From Myxococcota bacterium (GTDB taxonomy: Bacteria > Myxococcota_A > UBA796 > CAJQPC01), in the NCBI GenBank assembly GCA_036012755.1, contig DASCPX010000222.1, forward strand, positions 1-28,386: DNA of 28,386 nt, in the 5' to 3' direction. Position numbers and translations under genes: made by a program. A model generated the notes under the pieces. The model searched no databases. It saw only the letters and a program-made list of their open reading frames with translations, and was not told the DNA's origin. Shown here piece after piece: positions 18,055 to 27,038 of the stretch. How positions within the stretch are numbered: position 1 is the first letter of the stretch; the number at the start of each line of letters is the position of its first letter.

Positions 18055-20540
18055 CGCAGTCGCTGGTAGTCGTCCGAGAGGTAGAAGCTCAGGAGCGCTC
18101 CTACGCGGATGGCGAGGTCCTGGTGCAGGATCTCACCCTCTGGTCCGCGCCGAGACAGCGCTCGCTCGAGGCCATGTTGCTCGGCCATCGGAAGCTCGAC
18201 CAGGCTGTCCGGGCCGGTGATGAACACCGCGCGCACGGCCGCTCGGATGTCGCCGCACAGCAGGAGCCCCGCGCGGTCGGCCGACAGCTGCATGACCCGG
18301 TGGGCCACGACGAGCTGGCGCTGGTCGACCCCGAGCGTGCGCGTACGCGCCTGGTTGCCGGTGTACTCCCGCACCTTGTCCATCGCGCCCGTGACGCCGC
18401 CTGTCACGCCCTGGGCCTTGCCCACGGCGTCCGCGCCCTGGCCCATCACGACCGCGACGTTCGCTCCCACCGTCGAGATGGCCTCGCCGGTCTTCTCGAC
18501 TGTGTAGATGCGTGAGAGCGTGGCAGCCGAGAAGGCCGACGAGAGGATGTTGTAGGTCGTCTTCGAGTCGAGGACGCGGCTGATGGGGGCGCCGAAGGAC
18601 AAGGCGGTGGCGGCTAGATCGAGGGCCTTCTTCAGCTTGTCGACCGCGCCGTCCCAGACCTCTGAGGAGGTCACCCGGTTGTGCTGGAAGCGCAGATGCG
18701 CGACCTCAGCGGCGACGGCGAAGCGCAGCTCGGCGGAGCTCATGCGCTCGACGCTGTCCTCGTAGAGGTGCTGCCCGCCGATGAGGAGGTAGCTGGGGTC
18801 GTCCTCGTAGGCGCGCAGGCCGTGGCCGAGCACGCCGTGGCTGATGTACGCCTCCAGGCCCGGGGTGCCGAGCGCCAGGGTGGCGGAGGTGAGCGCGTGC
18901 AGCGATCCCTCGTGGCGCTTGGGCGAGAGCTGCTCGCAGTAGCGCTTCAGGGTGCTGCGATCTGGGGCGTCCTGCACGGCGAGCCAGCCCTGGATCCAGC
19001 CCATGAGGCCCTCCTCCCGGGCCAGCGGGTGGCGGAGGCTCTCCAGCTCGGCGTCGGTGAGGGAGCCGGGAGGGGGCTCCGGCAGGCGGTCCTCTTCGGT
19101 GGGGCCGAGCCCTGCATGGAGCGCGAGCACCTCGGCTGCGCGCTGCGCCAGGTCTCCTGGCGGGTTGGCGACGAGGCCCTCGATTCGGGCCGCGACGAGG
19201 GGCTGCAGGCGGGCGAGCTCGGCGAGGACCTCGCTGTCCGGATCCTCGGCGCCCCTGGCCACCGCGAGGAGCTCGAGGGTGCGGATCCGGTGGCCCTGGC
19301 CCGCTTCCCCTGCCGTGAGGTCCGCGTCTGCCGGGGGCAGCAGGTCGCTCAGGCGCTCGTCCGGGAGCAGCGCGAGGCGCCGCTGCAGGAGCTCGGCGCC
19401 GCGCTCGTGCTCGCCTGCCAGCACCAGGTGCTCCGCGAGCAGGATGTCGGCGCGCGCCTCCGCGCTCGCGTCCAGCTCTCCGGCGAGGACCTCTGCGTGC
19501 GCCGAGGTGTGGAGCGGCAGGTACCACGAAGCCCTCTCGGGGCTGCGGTCCACCCCATGGGCGACGAGGCGTATGCGGACCCCGGGAGCGATCCGCCAGC
19601 GTCGGAGCTTCTCGTCGAGGACCCCTCCGTCCTCTGCGCTCTCCACCGCGTCGTCGAGGGCCTCGCCGACCTCGAGCTCCGCCAGCGGGATCTCGTCCAG
19701 CTCGTGACGAAGTCCAGCTTGGACGACCTGCTCGGCGGGGCCGGCGCCGGCCCCCAGTCCGTGGAGCAGGCGCAGGGCGCGGCGAGGGTAGGGGGCTCTC
19801 TCGAGGCGCGCCACCTCCAGGACCCGCCCGACCCCGGTGAACTCGGGCACACCGGCCAGCGCGCGGTAGTGGTCGGCGTTCTGGCGGGTCGTCGTCCACG
19901 ACTTGTCTCCGCAGCGAACACGCCTGCGCCCGGTGCCTTCCTCGACGTCCAACAGCAGGGCGTCCAGCGGCAGGCGCTTGAACTGGCCGACCTCGTTCAG
20001 CGCGACCAGCGTGCACCTCCGGTCGGTCAGCAGGTACCGCACCGGCGCTGCCTCGGTCATGAGGATGTCGCTGGCGAGGGAGCGGAACTCCGCGGTCTCC
20101 AGCCACGCGAGGAGGATCTCGTCCTGCTCGAGCAAGGCCTGGAGCACCAGACCCCAGAGGACCTCTCCTTGCTGGATGAAGCGGCCCTCCATCGGCAGCT
20201 GGACCTCGGAGGTCGACTGCCGGGCGGCGAGCAGCCCTGCTCCGAGGGCGGTCTTGATGTCGCTGGAGCGGCCGATGGGCACGCCGTAGACGATGCCGTC
20301 GGCGTGGATCCGGTCCCCGAACACGCGGGCCTCGTAGCGGAGCGTCGGGTTTTCGTGCAGCGGGCGCGCGACTGGTGGGTGCCCGGCCTCTGCGCCGACG
20401 ATCCATGCGCCGCGGTCGGTCTGGATCAGGGCGGCGGGCGCGCTGTAGCCGGAGTCGAGGGTGAGGCGGGCGTCCAGGGGCACGGCGCGCAGGACCCGCC
20501 CGAGCTCCAGGTGCGACGCGGCGGTCCAGAAGGCGCTCAT
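18009..20540 (-). CDS. PH-like domains + helical repeats + degenerate M48 peptidase-like domain
   Basis: ATG 20540 overlaps the kinase TGA (ATGA); LIQTDRG and YLLTDRR bPH-like motifs; ELRFAVAAEVAHL and LSADRAGLLLCGD M48-like motifs. Confidence 0.75.
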   Translation of the reverse strand: MSAFWTAASHLELGRVLRAVPLDARLTLDSGYSAPAALIQTDRGAWIVGAEAGHPPVARPLHENPTLRYEARVFGDRIHADGIVYGVPIGRSSDIKTALGAGLLAARQSTSEVQLPMEGRFIQQGEVLWGLVLQALLEQDEILLAWLETAEFRSLASDILMTEAAPVRYLLTDRRCTLVALNEVGQFKRLPLDALLLDVEEGTGRRRVRCGDKSWTTTRQNADHYRALAGVPEFTGVGRVLEVARLERAPYPRRALRLLHGLGAGAGPAEQVVQAGLRHELDEIPLAELEVGEALDDAVESAEDGGVLDEKLRRWRIAPGVRIRLVAHGVDRSPERASWYLPLHTSAHAEVLAGELDASAEARADILLAEHLVLAGEHERGAELLQRRLALLPDERLSDLLPPADADLTAGEAGQGHRIRTLELLAVARGAEDPDSEVLAELARLQPLVAARIEGLVANPPGDLAQRAAEVLALHAGLGPTEEDRLPEPPPGSLTDAELESLRHPLAREEGLMGWIQGWLAVQDAPDRSTLKRYCEQLSPKRHEGSLHALTSATLALGTPGLEAYISHGVLGHGLRAYEDDPSYLLIGGQHLYEDSVERMSSAELRFAVAAEVAHLRFQHNRVTSSEVWDGAVDKLKKALDLAATALSFGAPISRVLDSKTTYNILSSAFSAATLSRIYTVEKTGEAISTVGANVAVVMGQGADAVGKAQGVTGGVTGAMDKVREYTGNQARTRTLGVDQRQLVVAHRVMQLSADRAGLLLCGDIRAAVRAVFITGPDSLVELPMAEQHGLERALSRRGPEGEILHQDLAIRVGALLSFYLSDDYQRLRQSIVSPSSSPTSSS

Positions 20541-23500
20541 GCGCGGCGGATGATCGACAAGAGGTCCATCGCTTCGTCCTCGAGGTCCTTCCATGCGTGC
20601 TGGGCGGCCCCCTCGTGGAGTGCGCTGACCGGTCCCCACAGGTCGCCCGAGCGGTGGCTCCGGACCCCGCGCTCGTTGGCCAGCTTCCACCACTGGCGCG
20701 TGCGCGCTTCGTCGCCTCCCCAGGCGGCACAGGCCGCTCGGACGACGCCGACGTAGGCCCAGACCCAGCTGCGCGGCTGTCGCGCCATGACCTGGGCTGC
20801 CCTGGCGGCGTGGAGATCGGCCCTGGTCATGTCGCGCTCGGAGAGGTCGATCAGGGCCAGGTTGATGCGCCCGACGGCCTCCGCGAGCCCCCAGCGCTGG
20901 GCGCGGGCCAGGCGCACGTAGCGCGTGTAGTGCTCCCTGGCGGTCTCGCTGTCGCCCCTGTGCCTGGCGACCTCGCCGAGGGTGTTGACCGCGTTGATCT
21001 GCATCCGTATGTCCCCGGACGTAGCTGCCTTGGCCTGTGCCCGCAGGAACAGCCGCTCGGCCTCGTCGTGCCTGCCCTGGTGCAGGCGGACGTTCCCGGC
21101 GCCGAAGCTGGCCAGGGCCTCTGTGCGGGTGTCGCCGGTGCGATCTGCGGACTCGGCGAGCTTCTCGACGATGGGGGCCGCCCGCTCGGGATCGCCCATG
21201 ACCAGGAAGACGTGGACCAGGCCGTGGAGGGCCTGGACGACCACCGGGTCGTCGATCGGGCGCTGCCGTATGCAGTCCTCGTAGTGCTCCACCGCCGCGT
21301 GGAGGCGGTTGTTCGTGCGCGCCAGGGTGCCTCGCGCGAGGGCCACCTCAGCGAGGCCTTCCTTGTCCCGCATGGCCCAGAAGGACTGGTGGGCCGCGGA
21401 GAGCAGCGAGGCGGCTGTCTGTGACCGGCCGAGCTCCAGGTCGGCCTTGGCGCGCAGCACGGTGAGGCGGGTCCGCGTGAGCCTCTCGCCCCAGCCCAGG
21501 TCTCCGGCCTCCAGCGCCATCTTCTCTGCGCCATCGGGGTCGTCGAGCTCCAGGAGAGCCAGGCCCTTGAGGCGACGAGCCTCCATCCGGACTGGCAGGG
21601 CGGGGTTCGTCACGCTCACGGAGAGGTCCGCGGCGGTGATGGCGAGGTCCGCTGCCCTGCTCGCCGCGAGGTGCCGACCCTGCTCGAGCATCATGCGAAT
21701 CGAGCGCAGCAAGGGGGCGACCGCCGCGGCGGGTCGTCCGGCCTCGAGGCGGTGGAGGCCGACGGGGAGATCGACGTCGCCGCCCGTTCTCTCTCCGAGG
21801 CGCTTGAAGGCCTCTGCGAGGCGGGCGTGGATCTCGCCGACCTCGGGCAGCTCCCTGGCCAGCTCGGTGGCCGTGCGCGCGAGCCCGCCCTGCTCGAAGC
21901 GGAGCACGCCGGCGTCCTCCCGGAGCAGCCCGGTGGCCAGGAGCTCCTCGAGCCCGGTCTCGCTGACCTCGCGGAGGACCTCGACCGGCGGAGCCTGTCC
22001 GGCCAGGGCGACCGCCGCGAGCGCGACCGCGGCCTCCTTGGGGTGCTCGGTGGCTTCGACGGCGGACTGGAGGCGGCTTCGGTAGAGCGCCTCGAGGTTC
22101 CGGGGCAGGATCTCCTCGAGCCGGAGTCCTTCGACCAGGGCGAAGCGGCCGCGCGAGTCGGCCTCGAGGTGCCCCCGAGCCGCCCAGTCCCGGAGCAGCA
22201 TCGTCGCCTGCAGCGGGTGCCCGTCCAGCCGGCGCGCGATGGACTCGGCCAGGGCCGGGTCGAGGAAGAGCGACTCGGCCAGCACCCGGTGGACCAGCTC
22301 CTTGCCCGGCCGCGCCAGGTCGATCCGGAGAGCCCCGCGGTCCTCCAGCATCTCGATGCGCTCGGCGAGCTCCGGGTTCTGCTCCATGGCCGCTCGCGAG
22401 ACGGTCGCCAGGACCAGCACCGGGCGGCGACCGACCGCCTCGTCCAGCAGCGCCTCGGCCATCGCCAGCCCGTCCCCTGGCTCCTCTGCGAGGTTCGCGT
22501 CGTCCATGACGAGGCAGGCACCACCTCGCCAACCTCTGCGCTCGAGGTGCTGGTAGAGGAAGTTGAGACCGAGGGCCGTGTTGGGGGCGCGCTCCCCCGG
22601 CAAGAGGTAGCCGCACCACCGCGACAGCAGCACGGCCTGGTGGTGGACCCGGTCGCGGGTGGACTCCCGGTCTCGGGCGAGCCAGCGCCCCAGCCGCTGC
22701 TGCAGGCCCTTCCGGTCGTCGTTCCAGGGAGCGAGGATCTCGCGGACGGCCCCCGGGTAGCCGTCGTCGATCCCGGGGGGCGCGCGGTAGCGGAGGCGCA
22801 CGACCTCGGCCCAGCCCCCCTCGTCCAGCGCCCTGGCGACGGTCTGGACCAGAGAGGTGCGGCCGCTGCCCGGCGGCCCCACGACGAGCACGACACGGGT
22901 CTTCTTCTCGGCGAGGACCGCCCTGGCCTCGTCCCAGATCGCCTGGAGCTCCACGTCACGCCCGACCACGGGCAGCTCTCGCAGGGCGAGCAGGCGGAGG
23001 CTGGCGGAGCCCATGTTCGGTGGCAGCCAGGTCGGCAGCGTGGCGGGCAGGGTCTTGGGAGGCACCCGGTTCCAGCGCAGGCTCGTGGACCGGGTGTCGG
23101 CCGCGGCCAGGACTGCGGCGGCGACCGGGTCCGTGTTCCCCAGCTCGCTGTGGCCGGAGCTGGTCAAGCCGATTCGGACCTCTGGGCCATCGTCGAGATT
23201 ACGGCGGACATCGGCGAGCACCCGGCGGACATCGGCCGCCCGGTCGTAGCGCTGCCGCGGCTCGGGATCGAGGAGGTGCCCGATGAGGTTCAGGAGCTCT
23301 TCGGGTGGCTCGATGCCCGCGATCGGGAGGATGGGGGGCGGCTGCGTGAGGCGCTGCTCCAGGAGCTCGCGTCGACCCTTCGCGGCGTGGGGCCGCTGGC
23401 CGGTGATCGCCTCGAAGAGCATCACACCGAGGGCATAGAGGTCGGTCCAGGGGCCGAACTCCTGCACGCGCCCCTGGAGCTGCTCCGGGGCCATGAAGGC

Positions 23501-24037
23501 GGGGGTGCCACCCACGCGCCTGGCGTCGCGGGTGAGCTGCCCGAGCTCGTCCGCCACGCCGAGGTCGGCGACCCAGGCCGCGAGCCGCCCGTTGTACTCC
23601 CGGTGCAGGAGCACGTTCTCCGGCTTCAGGTCCTGGTGGACGAGGCCGCGAGCGTGCAGGGCGGCGAGCGCCAGGCAGACCTGCTCGAAGAGGCGCAACA
23701 GCGTCGTGAGGCGGAAGCCCCTGTGGAGCAGATCGCCGAGGTTCCCGTCCTCTGCGTAGGCGAGGGCGACGAAGGGCTGGCCGCTCTCCAGGACCCCCGC
23801 GTCGTGCACCGGGACGATGTGGCGATGTGGGACCGACGCCGCCAGCGCCACCTCCCGCGCGAAGCGGGCGCGGAAGCGTCGGTGCATCGCCAGGTTCTTG
23901 CGCGCCAGCTTCAGCGCGACGTCTACGCGGAGGATGGAGTCCCGCGCTCGATACACGACTCCGGTCGCCCCCTCGCCGATACGGCTCTTGGCGAGGTAGC
24001 GCTCTGGGAGCTCGGGGAGCTGCCGCGTGCCTGACAC
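20537..24037 (-). CDS. Ser/Thr protein kinase + P-loop (STAND-like) ATPase + TPR repeats
   Basis: GEGATGVV, VALK, HQDLKPEN, DLG, GTPAFMAPE and DLYALG kinase motifs; VVGRDVEL, GPPGSGRT Walker A, CLVMDD Walker B, GHPL; C-terminal TPRs. Confidence 0.92.
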   Translation of the reverse strand: MSGTRQLPELPERYLAKSRIGEGATGVVYRARDSILRVDVALKLARKNLAMHRRFRARFAREVALAASVPHRHIVPVHDAGVLESGQPFVALAYAEDGNLGDLLHRGFRLTTLLRLFEQVCLALAALHARGLVHQDLKPENVLLHREYNGRLAAWVADLGVADELGQLTRDARRVGGTPAFMAPEQLQGRVQEFGPWTDLYALGVMLFEAITGQRPHAAKGRRELLEQRLTQPPPILPIAGIEPPEELLNLIGHLLDPEPRQRYDRAADVRRVLADVRRNLDDGPEVRIGLTSSGHSELGNTDPVAAAVLAAADTRSTSLRWNRVPPKTLPATLPTWLPPNMGSASLRLLALRELPVVGRDVELQAIWDEARAVLAEKKTRVVLVVGPPGSGRTSLVQTVARALDEGGWAEVVRLRYRAPPGIDDGYPGAVREILAPWNDDRKGLQQRLGRWLARDRESTRDRVHHQAVLLSRWCGYLLPGERAPNTALGLNFLYQHLERRGWRGGACLVMDDANLAEEPGDGLAMAEALLDEAVGRRPVLVLATVSRAAMEQNPELAERIEMLEDRGALRIDLARPGKELVHRVLAESLFLDPALAESIARRLDGHPLQATMLLRDWAARGHLEADSRGRFALVEGLRLEEILPRNLEALYRSRLQSAVEATEHPKEAAVALAAVALAGQAPPVEVLREVSETGLEELLATGLLREDAGVLRFEQGGLARTATELARELPEVGEIHARLAEAFKRLGERTGGDVDLPVGLHRLEAGRPAAAVAPLLRSIRMMLEQGRHLAASRAADLAITAADLSVSVTNPALPVRMEARRLKGLALLELDDPDGAEKMALEAGDLGWGERLTRTRLTVLRAKADLELGRSQTAASLLSAAHQSFWAMRDKEGLAEVALARGTLARTNNRLHAAVEHYEDCIRQRPIDDPVVVQALHGLVHVFLVMGDPERAAPIVEKLAESADRTGDTRTEALASFGAGNVRLHQGRHDEAERLFLRAQAKAATSGDIRMQINAVNTLGEVARHRGDSETAREHYTRYVRLARAQRWGLAEAVGRINLALIDLSERDMTRADLHAARAAQVMARQPRSWVWAYVGVVRAACAAWGGDEARTRQWWKLANERGVRSHRSGDLWGPVSALHEGAAQHAWKDLEDEAMDLLSIIRRA

Positions 24038-24049
24038 GTCTTGATCATA
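24038..24049 (-). promoter_or_regulatory. Putative -10 element for a leaderless kinase mRNA
   Basis: TATGAT (24049-24044) is 6 nt before GTG 24037; no SD. Confidence 0.55.
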
Positions 24050-24109
24050 CGGGCAGAAAGGTCGTTGACGGTCTCTTTGGGGTGCATACCTGTGGTGCGC
24101 TTACGAAAC

Positions 24110-24127
24110 TGAATGAGCATTCATTCA
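24110..24127. promoter_or_regulatory. Palindromic TetR-type operator, FadR(YsiA)-box-like
   Basis: TGAATGA-gcat-TCATTCA is a perfect 7-bp AT-rich inverted repeat immediately upstream of SD AGGAG (24129-24133). Confidence 0.7.
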
Positions 24128-24141
24128 CAGGAGACGAGATC

Positions 24142-24573
24142 ATGTTCGAGAGCCTGAAGTCTGCCCCAGAGGCCCTGCGCGAGCGCCAGCGCGCCCTCGT
24201 GAACCAGCTGCGCCACCGCGCCCACGTCGTCCGGGGAGCCGGCCGCGAGCGCATCTTCGAGGTCGAGGCCGACGCCCTGGTCCGGCTCGGGGACCTGCTG
24301 GATGCCGCCGACGTCCTCCCGCTGTCCGAGAAGTGGGTCGACAGCGCGGAGAAGGTCGTCGAGGACGCCCTGGCCAACCTCACCACCCCCGACATCGAGG
24401 GCTACGACGCCCTCAACGCCAAGAGCGCTGCGAAGGCCGTGCGTGGCGTGGACGACTGGGTCGACCTCGTCCGGGTCCGTCGCTACGAGACGGAGCACAA
24501 GAACCGCAAGACGGTGCTCGGGGTCGTGGACTCCAAGCTCGCCGCGCTCAAGGAAGCTCCTCAGGCCGCCTGA
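24142..24573 (+). CDS. Phasin/lipid-droplet-associated-like small protein
   Basis: AGGAG SD; amphipathic N-terminal helices; C-terminal P.IEGYD.LNAK...VRRYETEHKNRKTVL resembling the C-terminal module of actinobacterial Rv1109c-type lipid-droplet proteins. Confidence 0.7.
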   Translation: MFESLKSAPEALRERQRALVNQLRHRAHVVRGAGRERIFEVEADALVRLGDLLDAADVLPLSEKWVDSAEKVVEDALANLTTPDIEGYDALNAKSAAKAVRGVDDWVDLVRVRRYETEHKNRKTVLGVVDSKLAALKEAPQAA

Positions 24574-25139
24574 GCTTCTACGTGCAGTCGCTCGACCGTC
24601 TCTCGCAGCCGGTCGAGCACCGCGTGGTCCCAGCCCTCTCCGAGGGCCTCCGTGACCGCCCGGTAGTACCAGAGCGTGCCTTCCTTGGGGGGCGTGAAGC
24701 GGTCCCAGAGGACCTCGCCCTGATCGCGGTAGTCGCGCAGGATGCTCTCGGCGTTGTGGAGCTTGTCGCAGGCGGAGATCAGCTTGAGGTCCGCCGGCTC
24801 GCTCGCCAGCGCCGCGATGTAGGCGACCTTGCGCTCCTTCCAGGGCGGCTTCGGTCTCACGGTCGTGTCGGACAGCGCCTCGACGTAGCCCACGACCCGT
24901 GGCCCGAAGCTCCGTGAGAGCTCCTTTGCGCTGCTGCCCTCGACGTCCTCGAGGTAGTCGTGGAGCACGGCGGCGATCATCTGGTCCTCGTCCCCCCCGT
25001 ACTCGCCCACCCAGACCATGACCTGGAGCAGGTGGCAGAGGTAGGGAATCGTCGTGGCCTTGCGGCGCTCGCAGCGGAAGTCGTTTGCTGCGAGGGCGAG
25101 GGCAGCGTCGAGGCGCTCGCTGTAGGCCGGCGTGGGCAT
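24561..25139 (-). CDS. HD-domain hydrolase, stand-alone RelA/SpoT hydrolase (Mesh1/SAH)-like
   Basis: RK...PY..HL..V, AAVLHDYLED, KLISACDKLHN; SD AGGAG. Confidence 0.88.
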   Translation of the reverse strand: MPTPAYSERLDAALALAANDFRCERRKATTIPYLCHLLQVMVWVGEYGGDEDQMIAAVLHDYLEDVEGSSAKELSRSFGPRVVGYVEALSDTTVRPKPPWKERKVAYIAALASEPADLKLISACDKLHNAESILRDYRDQGEVLWDRFTPPKEGTLWYYRAVTEALGEGWDHAVLDRLRETVERLHVEAQAA

Positions 25140-25193
25140 GGGCTCTCCTGGGTGCCTGCAATATGCTCTGTCGTCGAGACTCGCCGGGGGACT

Positions 25194-25222
25194 TTGACCC
25201 CCTCACCGGAGCGGGGTAGCGT
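25194..25222 (+). promoter_or_regulatory. Sigma70-type promoter for the GAF gene
   Basis: TTGACC (25194-25199), 17-nt spacer, TAGCGT (25217-25222). Confidence 0.6.
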
Positions 25223-25244
25223 CCACTCCGCAACAGGGGATTCC

Positions 25245-26408
25245 ATGCCCGCGTACGAAGTCATCGGCGGAGCCACCAACCTCCGGGTCCAGGGGGATAA
25301 CTGGCTGTCCGCGCTGGGCGCGAGCCTCGAATACTTCGGGCTCGACTCCGGCGCCGTGGCCCGGCTCGTCATCAACGTGCAGCCCGACGGCACCGTCGAT
25401 GTCAGCGACCCGGTCAGCGGGCGGAGCTTCGCGCTCCAGCCCGCGGAAGAGGTCACGCCAGCCTCGCTGAACCTCAACGACTTCGCCGATCCGGCGGTCA
25501 TGGAGGTCGACCAGGCCACGGAGGCGCCGCCCTCGCGCGAGACCCCCGCGGCTGCGCCTCCGACCTTCACGATGCCCGGTCAGTCCCTGATGGACGACAG
25601 CCCGCCTCCGGAGCCGCCGCCTCCGCCGGTCGCGCCCCCCCCGCCGGTCGCGCCCCCCCCGCCGGTCGCGCTCACTCCGCCGGTCGCGCCCACTCCGCCT
25701 GCGACCCCGCGCGCCAAGGGCCCTCCTCCTCCTCCTCCGGGGCTGGTCAGCGCCCCCGTCGTCTCGACCCCCGAGCCCGCCCCGGTGACGCCTCCGCCGG
25801 TCGCGCCGACTCCGCCGGTCGCGCCGACTCCGCCGCCGCTGGTCCAGAACCCCACCCGAGAGCTCCACCAGGTCACCATCCCGCCGGTGGCGCTGGAGCA
25901 GGAGGACGATCGTCCGGGCGATCTCGCCGAGCAGCTCTTCGAGCTCACCTTCGAGATCATGATGGCCAACGACGTGGGCGAGGCCTGCCACATGTCGCTC
26001 GAGACCCTCAAGAAGCTCGTCCCCGCCGAAGCGGGCGCGGTGCTCTACGGAGACATCAACTCCATCGGCCTGACCTTCATGAGCGCCTTCGGGCCCGCGG
26101 CGCGCACCCTCCAGGGAAAGACCATCTCCTTCGAGACCGGCGTCGCCGGCTTCTGCCACCAGCACGGAGTCGGCCTGATGATCCAGGACACCGTCACCGA
26201 CGAGCGGCACGACAAGAGCGTCGACAAGGCCGTCGGCTTCCAGACCCGGAGCATCCTGGCCGCCGCCGTGCTCACCCCCGGTGGCCACACCTACGGCTGC
26301 ATCGAGCTCCTCAACGCGCCTGATGGCTTCCGTGACTGGCACCTCGAGGCCGCCCAGTCCATCGCCGGCGCGCTGGCGGACTTCGCCTCACGGCGCGAGT
26401 TCCAGTAG
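25245..26408 (+). CDS. GAF-domain protein with small N-terminal domain and Pro-rich linker
   Basis: ATG 25245 after AGGGG; GAF motifs (AEAGAVL, GVAGF, D..HDKSVD...GFQTRSILAA, GCIELLN). Confidence 0.88.
   Translation: MPAYEVIGGATNLRVQGDNWLSALGASLEYFGLDSGAVARLVINVQPDGTVDVSDPVSGRSFALQPAEEVTPASLNLNDFADPAVMEVDQATEAPPSRETPAAAPPTFTMPGQSLMDDSPPPEPPPPPVAPPPPVAPPPPVALTPPVAPTPPATPRAKGPPPPPPGLVSAPVVSTPEPAPVTPPPVAPTPPVAPTPPPLVQNPTRELHQVTIPPVALEQEDDRPGDLAEQLFELTFEIMMANDVGEACHMSLETLKKLVPAEAGAVLYGDINSIGLTFMSAFGPAARTLQGKTISFETGVAGFCHQHGVGLMIQDTVTDERHDKSVDKAVGFQTRSILAAAVLTPGGHTYGCIELLNAPDGFRDWHLEAAQSIAGALADFASRREFQ
25623..25829 (+). repeat. 18-bp tandem repeats (4 + 2 copies) encoding PPVAP(P/T)
   Basis: ccgccggtcgcg-nnnnnn units at 25623, 25641, 25659, 25677 and at 25794, 25812. 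Confidence 0.88.
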
Positions 26409-27038
26409 GGCCCACTCCGGCTCCGACCTGGGGCAGTCCCCGATGCCGCCGAGGCAGCAGTGGTGCAGCCGGAAGGGTTCGTCCCCTCGGCCGCCATAGA
26501 GCCGGTCCCCGGACAGGGCGAGGCCGACGCTGGCCGCGTGGAGCCTGATCTGGTGCATCACTCCGGTGACGATGACCGCCTCCCACAGCGGACCCCCGAG
26601 GTGGCGGAGGCGTGTGTCCGCGTCGTACCAGCGCCCCCGGTGCGGCGTCGCGCGCCCCCGCTCGATGACCATCCGCCGCCGGTCCTTGCGGTGATGGGCG
26701 ATGCGGCTGGTCACGTGGTGGTCCGCCCAGGAGACCTTTCGATCCGTGAGGAAGAGGTAGGTCTTTCGGAGGCGCCTGTCCCGAAAGGCGGCGCGGGCCT
26801 CGGCCAGCTCTCCAAGGCCCTTGCAGGCCAGCACGACGCCGCTGGTCGGGACGTCGAGGCGGTGGGCGATGCCACCCTCGAAGCCCTCTGGGAAGTCCCC
26901 GGCCTGGTCCGGGCGTGACTCGACCAGGCGGGCGAGGAGGCAGTCACCGCCTGGTCGATCGTGGGGCGGGAAGACCGGACACCCGGCGGGTTTCTCGAGC
27001 CAGATGTGGCGGTCGTCTTCTGCGAGGATCAGGCCCAT
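26388..27038 (-). CDS. RluA-family RNA pseudouridine synthase
   Basis: EKPAG, HRLDVPTSG (catalytic Asp), KTY, TGVMHQIRLH, GDRLYG, LH; start ATG 27038. Confidence 0.92.
   Translation of the reverse strand: MGLILAEDDRHIWLEKPAGCPVFPPHDRPGGDCLLARLVESRPDQAGDFPEGFEGGIAHRLDVPTSGVVLACKGLGELAEARAAFRDRRLRKTYLFLTDRKVSWADHHVTSRIAHHRKDRRRMVIERGRATPHRGRWYDADTRLRHLGGPLWEAVIVTGVMHQIRLHAASVGLALSGDRLYGGRGDEPFRLHHCCLGGIGDCPRSEPEWALLELAP

Noticed and set aside
18681..24034. Large alternate ORFs (691, 674, 787, 423 and 422 aa) over the kinase operon
   Set aside because: Shadow frames lacking recognisable motifs.
23827..24141. Upstream extension of the phasin-like ORF
   Set aside because: It overlaps the kinase start and promoter region; a clear SD supports ATG 24142.
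24960..25244. Upstream extension of the GAF ORF
   Set aside because: It overlaps the HD gene and the predicted promoter; the SD supports ATG 25245.
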